Assembly: GCA_963771175.1 (NCBI GenBank)
Contig: CAVYSY010000033.1
Location: forward strand, 160,001-224,000
Length of the DNA: 64,000 nucleotides
Direction of reading: 5' to 3'
From: an uncultured delta proteobacterium
Lineage (GTDB): Bacteria; Myxococcota; Myxococcia; Myxococcales; Myxococcaceae
Under the pieces are notes generated by a model. It saw only the letters and a list, made by a program, of their open reading frames with translations. It ran no database searches and was not told the origin of the DNA. Position 1 is the stretch's first letter. Each line of letters begins with the position of its first letter. Below are positions 1-10,279 of this stretch, one piece after another. Position numbers and translations under genes: made by a program.

Positions 1-417
1 CGGCAGGTGGCCCACGTACTGGGCATCGGCCAGGATGTATTCGGCATAGCCCCCGTTGACGGAGTAGCCGGTGTTCTTCTGCTCCGGGCACACCGTCTCC
101 CAGCCGGTGACGCAATACTCGCAGTGCCCGCATGCCGTGTAGAGCCAGGGCACGCCCACCCGGTCCCCCTCGCGCACCGCCCGCACGCCAGGCCCCACCG
201 AGGCCACCGTCCCCACCCCCTCGTGCCCCGGAATGAAGGGGAGGGAAGGCTTGGCCGGCCAGTCGCCCTGTGCCGCGTGCAGGTCCGTATGGCAGACGCC
301 GCAGGCGGCCACCTTGACCAGCGCCTGCCCCGGACCGGGCGTCGGAATGGGAACCTCCTCGATGGATAGGGGCTGGCCGAAGGCGTGGACGACCGCGGCC
401 TTCATGGTGTCGGGCAT
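1..417 (-). CDS. adhP: Zinc-dependent alcohol dehydrogenase (AdhP/propanol-preferring type), 5' part; runs off the window edge
   Basis: Manual translation (not in the ORF track): [47 protein letters not shown]...GHEGVG...[15 protein letters not shown]. It has the catalytic Zn ligands (C..HTD, GHE) and the four structural Cys, with an AGGGAGG SD upstream. Confidence 0.93.
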   Translation of the reverse strand, partial: MPDTMKAAVVHAFGQPLSIEEVPIPTPGPGQALVKVAACGVCHTDLHAAQGDWPAKPSLPFIPGHEGVGTVASVGPGVRAVREGDRVGVPWLYTACGHCEYCVTGWETVCPEQKNTGYSVNGGYAEYILADAQYVGHLP

Positions 418-523
418 GGCGTACCTCCCTCACCACATGAATGGGGCCGGTACCCGCCCTCGTGAACCTTCAGCGAGCAGCCATGAAAGCGTGAGGCGGC
501 CCGCCCCGACGGCGACGGCCCGC

Positions 524-943
524 TCAACCTGGGGAGGGAGACGCCCGCAGCCAGCCCTCGCGGGCCAGGAACGCCGACACGCGCGAGCGCACCTCGTCGC
601 GAATCTCGCGCACCCGCTCGACCGGCTTGCCCTTGGGGTCCTCCAGCGGCCAGTCGTCGCGCTTCAGGCCGGGCACGTGCGGACAGGCCTCGCCGCAGCC
701 CATGGTGATGAGCCACTGCGCGCCCTGGGCCAGCTCGTCCGTGAGGCGCTGCGGCTTCGCGCCCGACAGGTCGATGCCCACCTCGGCCATGGCGGCCTGC
801 ACCTCCGGGTGCACACGCTCGCCGGGCTGCGTGCCGGCGGATACGCCGCGCGCCTTGTCCGGAGCGGCCAGCGCGTTGAAGAAGGCCGCCGCCATCTGCG
901 AGCGGCCGGCGTTGTGGACACAGGCGAAGATGACCGTCTTCAT
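524..943 (-). CDS. arsC: Arsenate reductase, LMW-PTP (thioredoxin-type) family
   Basis: P-loop CVHNAGRSQMA, TMGCGEACP and LEDP motifs; overlaps the acr3 stop codon (ATGA coupling). Confidence 0.92.
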   Translation of the reverse strand: MKTVIFACVHNAGRSQMAAAFFNALAAPDKARGVSAGTQPGERVHPEVQAAMAEVGIDLSGAKPQRLTDELAQGAQWLITMGCGEACPHVPGLKRDDWPLEDPKGKPVERVREIRDEVRSRVSAFLAREGWLRASPSPG

Positions 944-2074
944 ACACTCTCCTGGGTGGAGGCGGGTTTCCGCTCACCGAAGCGGCGGGGCAGGACGACG
1001 GACTCCGACTGAGGGAAGAGCCGGCGCCGCAGCCACAGCGACAGGTAGACGAGCGCGATGAGCGCGGGCACCTCGATGAGCGGCCCCACCACGCCCGCCA
1101 GCGCCTCGCCCGAGGCCATGCCGAACACCCCCACCGCCACCGCGATGGCCAGCTCGAAGTTGTTGCCCGCCGCGGTGAAGGACAGCGAGGCCGTCTCCTC
1201 GTAGCTGAAGCCCAGCTTGCGCGAGAGGAAGAAGGCCGAGGCGAACATGATGATGAAGTAGAGCATCAGCGGGAGGGAGATGCGCACCACGTCCAGCGGC
1301 AGGCGGGTGATCTTCTCCCCCTGCATCGCGAACATCAGCACGATGGTGTAGAGCAGCCCGAGCAGCGCGGTGGGCCCCAGGCGCGGCAGGAACTCGTCTC
1401 GTACCACTCCTCGCCCTTGCGCCGGGTGAGTCCGAGCCGGGTGAGCGCCCCCGCGACCAGCGGCACGCCGAGGAAGATGAGCACGCTCTTGGCGATGCTC
1501 CACATGGACACGTCGAAGGCGGTCCCCTCGGCGCCGAGCCAGCCGGGGACGACGGTGAGGAAGAACCAGCCGAGCACCGAGTAGAAGAGGATCTGGAAGA
1601 CGGAGTTGAGCGCCACCAGCACGCGCGGCCATCTCGTTGCTGCCGCAGGCGAGCATGTTCCAGATCAGCACCATGGCGATGCAGCGCGCCAGGCCGATGA
1701 GGATGAGGCCCGTGCGGTAGTGCGGCAGATCCGGCAGCAGCAGCCACGCCAGCGCGAACATCAGCACCGGCCCGACCACCCAGTTGAGGAAGAGCGAGAC
1801 GCCGAAGAGCTTGCCGCGCGCGCGCAGCCGGCCCAGCTCGCCGTAGCGCACCTTCGCCAGCACCGGGTACATCATCCACAGCAGGCCGATGCGCGATGGG
1901 CAGCGACACGCGTGTCCAGCTTCACCGTGTCCAGCCGCGCGCCGAGGTCCGGGAAGGCCCGCCCCAGGCCGATGCCCGAGCGCCATGGCGGCGAAGATCC
2001 AGACCGGCAGGAAGCCGGTCGATGAACGAGAGTTTCCTGACGACGCTGTCGGAGGATGCAGCCGCGGTGGTCAT
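940..2074 (-). CDS. acr3: ACR3-family arsenite efflux transporter, split by several +1 frameshifts (probable consensus artifact)
   Basis: Pieces in different frames: [74 protein letters not shown]. Confidence 0.92.
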
Positions 2075-2117
2075 GGTGTACGGGAACTCCAAAGGGGAAG
2101 GTCCGGCGAGGCGCACC

Positions 2118-2483
2118 TCACCGGCATGAATCGGGGCCTCGCGCCGCCAGGAGGCGCTCCACGTCCTGCTTCAGCACCTCGCGCCGGCCGAAGGCGGAGA
2201 CCAGCGTCTTGAGCTGCTGCTTGCTGAGCTCGTCCAGTTGCGGAGCCAGCCGGTAGTAGACCCAGCTCCCCTCCCGGCGAGACTCGACGATGCCGGCCGA
2301 GCGCAGCACGCCGAGCTGGCGCGACGCGTTGGGCTGCGAGAGCCCCAGCGCCGACTCGAAGTGGCAGACGCACAGCTCCCCATGGGAGAGCAGCGCGACG
2401 ATGCGCAGGCGCGTCTCGTCCCCCAGTGCCTTGAAGAAGCGGGAGGCCTGGCGGACGTCCAGGGTGGCAACGGCGGTGGACAT
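2118..2483 (-). CDS. arsR: ArsR/SmtB arsenic-responsive repressor
   Basis: FKALGDETRLRI, ELCVCH As(III)-binding box, SQPNASRQL HTH, and REGSWVYY wing; first gene of arsR-acr3-arsC. Confidence 0.93.
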   Translation of the reverse strand: MSTAVATLDVRQASRFFKALGDETRLRIVALLSHGELCVCHFESALGLSQPNASRQLGVLRSAGIVESRREGSWVYYRLAPQLDELSKQQLKTLVSAFGRREVLKQDVERLLAARGPDSCR

Positions 2484-2487
2484 GACG

Positions 2488-2507
2488 ACATAACAATATT
2501 CGAATGT
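2488..2507. promoter_or_regulatory. Probable ArsR operator (imperfect AT-rich palindrome overlapping the promoter)
   Basis: ACAT-AAC-AATATT-CGA-ATGT, 4 nt upstream of the arsR ATG. On the minus strand TTGCGG (2520-2515)-N16-TATTGT (2498-2493) resembles a -35/-10 pair. Confidence 0.55.
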
Positions 2508-2596
2508 CCTTCTGCCGCAATCCCCCCCGGGTCACATCTGTGTGACGGGACTGGCTCCCTACCCACCAGGCAGAGAGAGGCCCCGGAGCAGCCGGC

Positions 2597-4231
2597 TCAC
2601 TCCCAGTCGAGCAGCAGCCGGCCGTCCGTGAAATAGCGGCCCGTGGCCTCCAGCTCGGTGGAGCCGTTCTCCACCTGGGGGTGGACGTTCTTCGGAGGGG
2701 CCAGCAGCGTGTCGCGGCCCCTGGCGAAGGACTGCTCACGCACCAGCGCGAGGTAGGCCTTGTTCAGCGCCAGGGCCCGCTCGCGCGAGGGCGCGACGAG
2801 GAAGGACAGGTCCTTGTCCCCACCCTTCGCGGCCCGCCGCACCGTGGCCTCGTCCAGGACGCCATTGGGGAAGAAGCGCGTGAGGAGTTCCTCGTTGGCT
2901 CGGAACTCGTCACCACCTCGCACGCGCTCGAAGTACGTCAGCACCTCCGGCTTGGAGTGCCCGTTCTGCGGCACGTCGGGAATGCCCCGCACGTCCTGGT
3001 GCCGCCAGCCCTCCTTGCCCGGCACCTTGCGCGGAAAGGCGAACGTCTGATCCATCGTGACGCCGATGTTGGAGTGGCACCCCATGCAGAAGAGGTGCTC
3101 CTCGTACGTCTGCTTGCGCAGGCGCCCCCGGTCATCCTCGATGAAGCCCTCGAGCTGCCAGCCGAACTCGTTGAGCAGCCCCACCTCGGCGTTCCCGGCG
3201 AACACCGGCAGCTTGCCCCGCTGCTTGTCCTCGAACTCATTCTCGTAGGCGGCCATCGTGCGCCAGGCGTCCGGCTGTTCCACCTTGCGCGAGTAGCGCA
3301 GCTCCTTCATCCGCGCGGACAGGAGCGAGGGCGCGTCCGGGTCCACGTAGCGCACCGAGTGGAGGAACTCGGTACCGCCGGGGTACACGTACGTCACCCG
3401 CTTCACCGAGGCCGCGCCTCCCACGTACTGGCCCGGGAAGCCGCGAATCTCCGTCACGCCCGCGCGCAGCTCCCCATCCCCGTCCAGGTCCACCCCCGCC
3501 ACCCGCTCGTCCAGCGGCTCCACCGTGCGGCGCAGCTTGGAGGCCTCCGTCTCGTAGGGGCGCACCGTCATGGCCGCTTCGAGCAGCGACAGGTTGATGC
3601 GGTACACCTCGCGCGACGGCTGGCCGCTGGCATCGCGGCGGAAGGACTCCGGCAGGCGGATGAAGACGTCGTCCGTGCTGCCGTTGGTGGGCCAGAAGGT
3701 GCCGAGGAAGGGCTTGTAGCGCACCGCGCGCCAGCCGCTGCCGTCACGCGCGAAGCCGTCCTCGTCGAAGCCCTGGGAGAAATCCAGGTCCGGCTTGTAG
3801 CCGAGGTAGCCCTCACGCCCCTCCAGGGCCTCGCGCAGGGGCGTGTAGTTGTCCTCCCGGACCCAGGCGAGGATCTCCTCGTCGGAGAGCCCCGCCAGGG
3901 TCGCCGAGCGATCGGCGAACAGGTTGGTCCAGTGGTTCTTCAGCCCGAAGTCCGAGAAGGCGTACTCGGACTGCAGGGCGGCGTCGTTCGCCGTGTTGAG
4001 ACCGACGCCCTGGGTGTGACACGTCCAGCAGGGATTCGAGACACCCGCCGTCTTCGTGTAGCACATGGAGGGGATGGGAGCCTCCCGGTTCTCCACCCGC
4101 TCTCCCGCGGCCCGGGCCACGGCGAGCGGATCATACGAAGGCCGCCGGAGAACGGCGAGGGCGGCGATCACTGCTCCCAACCCGAGGAGCACCAGCGCTC
4201 CTCGGGAGACAGGCTTCACGACAGGCGACAT
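2597..4231 (-). CDS. Uncharacterised membrane-anchored di-heme c-type cytochrome protein (544 aa)
   Basis: N-terminal hydrophobic anchor; two CXXCH motifs (CWTCH near 4016-4030, CMGCH near 3074-3088); starts 34 nt after the phoX stop. Confidence 0.75.
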   Translation of the reverse strand: MSPVVKPVSRGALVLLGLGAVIAALAVLRRPSYDPLAVARAAGERVENREAPIPSMCYTKTAGVSNPCWTCHTQGVGLNTANDAALQSEYAFSDFGLKNHWTNLFADRSATLAGLSDEEILAWVREDNYTPLREALEGREGYLGYKPDLDFSQGFDEDGFARDGSGWRAVRYKPFLGTFWPTNGSTDDVFIRLPESFRRDASGQPSREVYRINLSLLEAAMTVRPYETEASKLRRTVEPLDERVAGVDLDGDGELRAGVTEIRGFPGQYVGGAASVKRVTYVYPGGTEFLHSVRYVDPDAPSLLSARMKELRYSRKVEQPDAWRTMAAYENEFEDKQRGKLPVFAGNAEVGLLNEFGWQLEGFIEDDRGRLRKQTYEEHLFCMGCHSNIGVTMDQTFAFPRKVPGKEGWRHQDVRGIPDVPQNGHSKPEVLTYFERVRGGDEFRANEELLTRFFPNGVLDEATVRRAAKGGDKDLSFLVAPSRERALALNKAYLALVREQSFARGRDTLLAPPKNVHPQVENGSTELEATGRYFTDGRLLLDWE

Positions 4232-4265
4232 TGCTTCGAACCTCGGACAGCGGACTTCGGTTGGA

Positions 4266-6752
4266 TTACTTCGTGTACGGCCAGGCGCTGAACACGGCCT
4301 CGCCCGGGTGCTGGACGTTGAAGAACAGCGTCCGCATGTCCGGGGTGAACGCGGGGCCGGTGGCCTCGGCGTCGGAGGGCGTGGCCACCACGCGGAAGGC
4401 CTTGCCGTAGGTCTTTCCGACGTGGGCCGGGTTCAGGTCCAGGTAGTAGATGGAGTCCGAGGCGCCGTTGGCGTCGAAGTTGCCGTCGGTGCCGAACCAC
4501 ACGCCGCCCTGGCGGTCGATGGCGATGTTGTCCGGCTTGGACGCGTCGTAGAGCGCGTCATACCCGGCATCGCCCTTCTTCTTGCCCTTCCACACCCGGA
4601 AGTAGGTGAAGGCCGTCGAGGCGCCAGGAGAGGACGGATCCGCCTCGCGCACCGCGAAGATGCCACCGGACTTCTCGGTGGAGCGGCCCGACTTCTCCTC
4701 GGGGGAGGCGCTGTCGCGGGTACGCGTCACCCACGTGCCATCGCCAGCAACGGACGGCGCGGCGGTGATGAGGGTGCCGTCCTGACGCAGGGCCGTGGTG
4801 GTGCCGTGCTCGGTGAAGGCGATGTAGAGCAGCGGAGTGCCGCTCGGGTCCTTCGGGTTCCACTCCAGGTCCTCGGGCCGGTTGAGCTCCATCACGCCCA
4901 GCTTGTTGGAGGCGGTGAAGAGCGCGCGGCGGACCTCGTCGTCGTTGGGGAAGCCGCCCAGGCCGTTGTAGCTGACGTCCTTCAACGCCTGGCCCACGGT
5001 GTAGTCGGGATAGGTGTAGTCGGTGGTGCCGTCCGACATCTTGACCGTCTTGCCGGCGTTGGGCGCCTTGTCCGTCTCGTTGTTCACGGACAGCTCGATC
5101 CACTTGCCCTGGCCCGGCACCTCGGCGGTGGGGGCGACGGAGGCGCCGCCCTTGAGGATCTCCATGCCGTTGAGGTTGTCGAGGTCCGCGAAGTGGGCGA
5201 CGTACAGCTTGCCGGTGTCGAGCAGCTGGCGGATCTGCTCGCGCGTCATGCCCGCGGTGTAGTTGCCGCTGGAGACGAACTTGTAGATGCGACCGCTGCG
5301 GCGGTCGTCACCGGAGTAGATGACGATGGGCTTGTTGGGCACCAGCTTGAAGTCCGCGCCGACGGCGAAGGTGGCGTTCTCCCAGCGCGCGCGGCCCATG
5401 CCGCCCAGCTTGCGGTGGCCGACGCCCGCGGTCGTCTTGCCGTAGTACTCCTGCGGGCCCACCGTCAGGTCCATCTCCACCAGGTAGCCGTGCATGTCAC
5501 GGTTGTGGCGGGCGTTGGTCGAGCCCGAGTCGGTGGTGGGATAGGGGCTGAAGTCACCCGTGGTGCTCGGCGTCACCACCGGGGTGATGGTGGAGCCGGC
5601 CAGGAAGGTGTTCGGGTTCTCGCCCGTGGTGGTGAAGACGAGGTTGTTGCTGCTGCTCCAAGCGGTCTCCAGGTCACCGTAGGAGCCCTGGACGTTCTCC
5701 TCGGCGGTGATGAGGGTGCCCCACGGCGTCTGGCCACCGGAGCAGTCCGATTGGATGCCGGCCACCACGCCATCGGGCAGCGGATTGCCCGAGTCGTCAT
5801 GGTCCACGCCGGAGAGGGTCTGGCCCACCACCTTCACCAGCGTGTTGCTGGTGGCATCGAAGCGCCGGGCGTTCGCGGTGAGGTCCACGTTCCACTCGCC
5901 CGTGCGCGCATCCTGCACGACGCGGAAGTACGAGCCGCCCACCTGCCGCTTCCAGTGGTTGCCGTAGTCCGCGAGGTCCTGCTGCGACCAGGCGGCGGCG
6001 GTGACGTCGTTGTTCAGCGCGCCGAAGCTCTTGAGGAACCGGGCGAGCGTCAGGTGCTGGCCCATGGGCGCCGCGGTGGCCTTGGGACGCGAGTTGGAGA
6101 TGTACTCGTGGTTGACCCACACCCAGCCAGCGGTGCCGCTGCCGCTGTACACGGGCGAGAGGTTGCCGCCGGCGTTCCAGTCGTCGCCGAAGAAGGCGAT
6201 GTAGTCGCCGTTGGCGCCAAAGCGCGGCGCCTTCACCGGATCGTAGTTGTTGTTGTCCGCGTCCCCATCGGCATAGCTGAGGGGATCCATCCACTTGGTG
6301 ACGACGGTGGAGTGGACGCCCTGCACCGTGCGCACGTTGTCCGTGGCGGCGGAGGGCAGCGGGAAGGAGACCCCCGCGGGGAGCGTGCCAGCGGCCACCT
6401 GGTCCACGCGCGCCTTCACGTAGTCCGCGAGCGTCTCCGCGCCCGTCTCCGCGTCACCCCGGTAGACGATGGCCACCATGGACGACAGCGGCGTGCCCTG
6501 CTCCACGCCCTGGGCGCGCTGCACGTTGCCGAGGCCCGGAATCACCGGAGCCGCCGGCCCCTGGGGACCGGTGGGACCCGTGGGCCCGCTCGTGCCCCCG
6601 ACGCCGTCGGCGCCATCCTTACCGTTGGTACCGTTGACGCCATCCTTGCCGTTGGCACCCGCGGGGCCCTGGGAGCCCTCACAGCCGACTCCAGCCAGGG
6701 CGCTACCGAGGAGGAGCGCGCTCGTGGCGAGGCCCAGAAGACGAGAAGACAT
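4266..6752 (-). CDS. phoX: PhoX-family (DUF839) alkaline phosphatase, lipoprotein with collagen-like linker
   Basis: Motifs WVNHEY, CSGGQTPWGTLITAEEN, GRARWEN, GDDRRSGRIYKF, NRPEDLE, PDNI, EATGPAFTPD.RTLFFNVQHPGE; lipobox-like AGVG|C at residue 24. Confidence 0.88.
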   Translation of the reverse strand: MSSRLLGLATSALLLGSALAGVGCEGSQGPAGANGKDGVNGTNGKDGADGVGGTSGPTGPTGPQGPAAPVIPGLGNVQRAQGVEQGTPLSSMVAIVYRGDAETGAETLADYVKARVDQVAAGTLPAGVSFPLPSAATDNVRTVQGVHSTVVTKWMDPLSYADGDADNNNYDPVKAPRFGANGDYIAFFGDDWNAGGNLSPVYSGSGTAGWVWVNHEYISNSRPKATAAPMGQHLTLARFLKSFGALNNDVTAAAWSQQDLADYGNHWKRQVGGSYFRVVQDARTGEWNVDLTANARRFDATSNTLVKVVGQTLSGVDHDDSGNPLPDGVVAGIQSDCSGGQTPWGTLITAEENVQGSYGDLETAWSSSNNLVFTTTGENPNTFLAGSTITPVVTPSTTGDFSPYPTTDSGSTNARHNRDMHGYLVEMDLTVGPQEYYGKTTAGVGHRKLGGMGRARWENATFAVGADFKLVPNKPIVIYSGDDRRSGRIYKFVSSGNYTAGMTREQIRQLLDTGKLYVAHFADLDNLNGMEILKGGASVAPTAEVPGQGKWIELSVNNETDKAPNAGKTVKMSDGTTDYTYPDYTVGQALKDVSYNGLGGFPNDDEVRRALFTASNKLGVMELNRPEDLEWNPKDPSGTPLLYIAFTEHGTTTALRQDGTLITAAPSVAGDGTWVTRTRDSASPEEKSGRSTEKSGGIFAVREADPSSPGASTAFTYFRVWKGKKKGDAGYDALYDASKPDNIAIDRQGGVWFGTDGNFDANGASDSIYYLDLNPAHVGKTYGKAFRVVATPSDAEATGPAFTPDMRTLFFNVQHPGEAVFSAWPYTK
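6552..6677 (-). repeat. Collagen-like Gly-X-Y repeat (14 triplets) inside phoX
   Basis: GSQ GPA GAN GKD GVN GTN GKD GAD GVG GTS GPT GPT GPQ GPA directly after the putative lipid-modified Cys. Confidence 0.9.
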
Positions 6753-6850
6753 TGAAGATGACCTTCCTGACAGATTGGGGGAAACGCCCGCGGCTCAGGC
6801 ACGGGCTCGCACATCCTGCGAGCCGCGTGTGGCGTTCCCTTGAGGAAGTC

Positions 6851-6868
6851 GTCACATCTTCATTACGA
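6851..6868 (-). promoter_or_regulatory. Possible PHO-box-like direct repeat upstream of phoX
   Basis: Minus strand TCGTAAT-GAAG-ATGTGAC: two GT(A/G)A(T/C) half-sites 11 bp apart, about 100 nt upstream of the phoX ATG. Confidence 0.35.
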
Positions 6869-6880
6869 ATGAGGAACGGG

Positions 6881-7419
<539 letters not shown>

Positions 7420-7420
<1 letters not shown>

Positions 7421-7815
7421 CAGCCCATCTGCAGCGGCTTGTTGAGCAGCTTCTCCGCGAGCTGCGTGCCGAGGCTGTCCGCCATCAGCCGCTCCACCAC
7501 GCCCTCGAACTCGGCGCGCTGGTGCTCGTCGTTGTAGATGAAGCGGATGCCCATGCCGGGCTCCTCCACATCCCCCTTGGACCAGACCACCTCGCCGAGC
7601 AGCTCGAAGGGCGCCTCGCGCTGGGGCACGGTGAGCTTGAAGAGGAAGCGCGTCCCGATGGGCAGCGGCTTCTTCGTCTTGATGAAGGTGCCTCCCTTGG
7701 AGATGTTCTTCGTGTAGTCCGCGAAGAACGAGTTGAGCTTCTTGTAGTCGACCTTCAGCTCGATGGGCGCGCGAGCGTACTGGCGGAATTCAGCGCCTGT
7801 CTTCTGTTCGGCCAT
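7420..7815 (-). CDS. Stand-alone PilZ-domain protein (TIGR02266 myxobacterial family); possibly a PlpA-like ortholog
   Basis: RQYAR (RxxxR) and NISKGG (D/NxSxxG) PilZ motifs, plus GMGIRF. The PlpA link is recalled synteny only. Confidence 0.85.
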
Positions 7816-7840
7816 TCTGCGTGGAGTATAGGAGAAGGCC

Positions 7841-10199
7841 ATGCGTCAAGTCCTCTTCCGTGCCAAGGAACTGCTCCGACGCCCCCCGGTGCTGGTGCTC
7901 GCCGGGGCCCTGGCTGGGGGGGGAGCGGCGCTCGTCCTCCTGCCCCTCTTCGGAGTGCCCGGCTTCGAACTGGGCCTCACCCTGTCCATCGCCATGGGCC
8001 TGCTCGGTGGGGGGGTAGGCATCGCCGCGGTGCATCAGGAGCGCCGCCTCCGGGCCGGGCAGGACGCCCCGGCCACTGGGACGGCCCCCTCCGAAGGCCC
8101 CTCGCGCGTGGCCTGGAGGGCCCTCGCCCCCGCCCTGCTCATCAATCTGGCCGTGCTGGTGCCCCCCTTCCTCGCCGCCACCCTCTACTCCCTGGTCGGC
8201 ACCCGGTGCGACCCCTTCGCCCTGGTGGGCTTCTACCCCCTGCTCACCCTCCCCTCGGCGGTGCTGGCCGCCGTCGTGGGCGTCTTCTGCGGCTTCGCCA
8301 CCCGGCGCTTCGGCCGGGCCGTCCTGCTCTACGTGGGGCTTGCTCCTCCTCTCGGGCGTGGGCACCGGCTGGCCCATCGTCTTCGGGCCCCAGGTCTACG
8401 CCTTCAACCACTTCCTCGGGCACCTGCCGGGCCCCCTCTACGACGAGGCGCTGGCCGTCTCCTCCGCCCTCCTCTGGTTCCGGCTGGAGACGCTGCTGCT
8501 GGCCCTCGCTGTCTTCGCCCTCACCGCCCTCTCGCTCGACCCGGCCGGGGAGCGCCTGGGCCGCCCCCGGTCGCGCGTCGGGCCGCTCGTCCTCCTGGGC
8601 CTCGTCACCGCCCCCATCGTCCTCCTCGAGGCCCACGCCACCGAGCTGGGCCTGCGGATGACGGACGAGGCCCTCATGGCGAGGCTCGGCGGGGTGCGCG
8701 ACACCGAGCACTTCCAGCTCATCTACCCCCGCGGCAAGCCCCGCGAGGAGGTGGACCGGATGGCCCGGGACATCGAGTTCCGCTACGCCCAGCTCTCGAA
8801 GTTCCTCGGCGGAGCCCCCGAGGGCCCCATCCGCGTGTGGCTGTACCGCACGGACGAGGAGAAGCAGGCGCTGGTGGGCGCCGGTCGCACCCAGTTCGCC
8901 AAGCCCTGGCGCCAGGAGCTCCACATCAACGGGCGCGACTTCCCCCACCCCACCCTCAAGCACGAGCTGGCGCACGTGATGGCGGGCCCCGCGGGGAGCT
9001 GGCCCTTCCGCGTCACCACCCGGCTGGGCGTCTGGCCCCTCATGGGCGTCATCGAGGGCATGGCGGTGGCCGCCGACAACCCCGTCCAGGGAGACCTCAC
9101 CCTGCACGAGTGGGCCGCCGGCATGCGCAAGCAGAAGCTCGCCCCGGACATCCGCAAGCTGGTGGGCCCCGAGGGCTTCTACCAGTCCGCCCCCGCCCGC
9201 GCGTACACCCTGGTGGGCTCCTTCCTGCACCACCTCGCCGACACCTACGGCCCGGAGAAGCTGCGCGCCCTCTACGCCCATGCCGACTTCGAGGCCGCCT
9301 ACGGCCGCTCGCTGGACTCGCTCGCCACCGAGTGGGAGCAGCACCTGGACTCGCTTCCCCTGGACGAGGCCACGGTGAGCCGCGCCTTCGAGCGCTTCCG
9401 CACCGGCAGCCTCTTTTCCCGCGCCTGCGCTCGCGAGGTGGCCCTCCTCCAGGAGGAGGCCCGCGACTACCTCGCGAGCGATCCCCAGCAGGCGCTCGAG
9501 CTGTACCAGCGCGCCGCCCGCCTCCAGCCCCAGGAGCCCTCCTACCTGCTGGGAGAGGCCACCGCGTTGGACCGGCTGGAGCGCGCGGACGAGGCCGCCC
9601 AGGTGCTGGAGACGCTGGCCGAGCAGGTGAAGGGGCAGCCCTCGCTGGAGGCGGAGGTGGCCCTGGCCCAGGCGGACGTGGCCTCGCGCAAGGGCAACGC
9701 GGAGCAGGCGCGGGCCTTCCTCGACCGGGTGCTCGCGCTCGACCCCAGCCCCGAGACGACGCGCACCGCCCAGGTGAAGCGCGCCGCTCTGGACTCCGAG
9801 GCCCGCGCCGGCCCCATCCAGGCCTACTTCCGGGAGACGCACGAGGAGCTGCGCCTGCTGCGGCTCGCCACCGCCCTGGAGACCACGCCGAAGGACCCCT
9901 ACCTCCACTACCTGCTCGGTCGGCGGCTGCTCCAGGTGGACGCCCCCGCCCTGGCCCTGCCGCACCTCTCCCAGGCCCTGGAGGGCGAGCTGCCCGAGGC
10001 CATCCGCCGCGAGGCCCTCCGCCTCCGGGTGCAGGCCGCCTACCTGGCCGGGGACTGCGGTGCGGTGCGCCACGAGGCGGGCGCGCTGCCGGACTTCGGC
10101 CCCGCCTTCCGCGCGGTGGCCACCGAGTGGGTGGAGCGCTGCGATTTCGAGGACGGCCACTTTCGTGGTCCCCTGGTGCCCCGCGACGCTTTCCGATAA
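7841..10199 (+). CDS. Multi-pass membrane protein with HEXXH (zincin/peptidase MA-like) domain and C-terminal TPRs; one +1 frameshift near 8340
   Basis: Hydrophobic N-terminal ORF (7841) continues in the 8340..10199 frame; contains KHELAHVM and a downstream EGMA; TPR-like helices at the C-terminus. Confidence 0.7.
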
Positions 10200-10279
10200 A
10201 CGCGCCGCCCGCCCTTCCCCGCGGCACGGGGAATGCAACCGTCTCCCATGCGGTTGCCCCTTCACGGAGATCCACGACC

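Noticed and set aside
4065..6755. 896-aa plus-strand ORF
   Set aside because: Antisense shadow of phoX, caused by high GC3 codon bias; no recognisable motifs.
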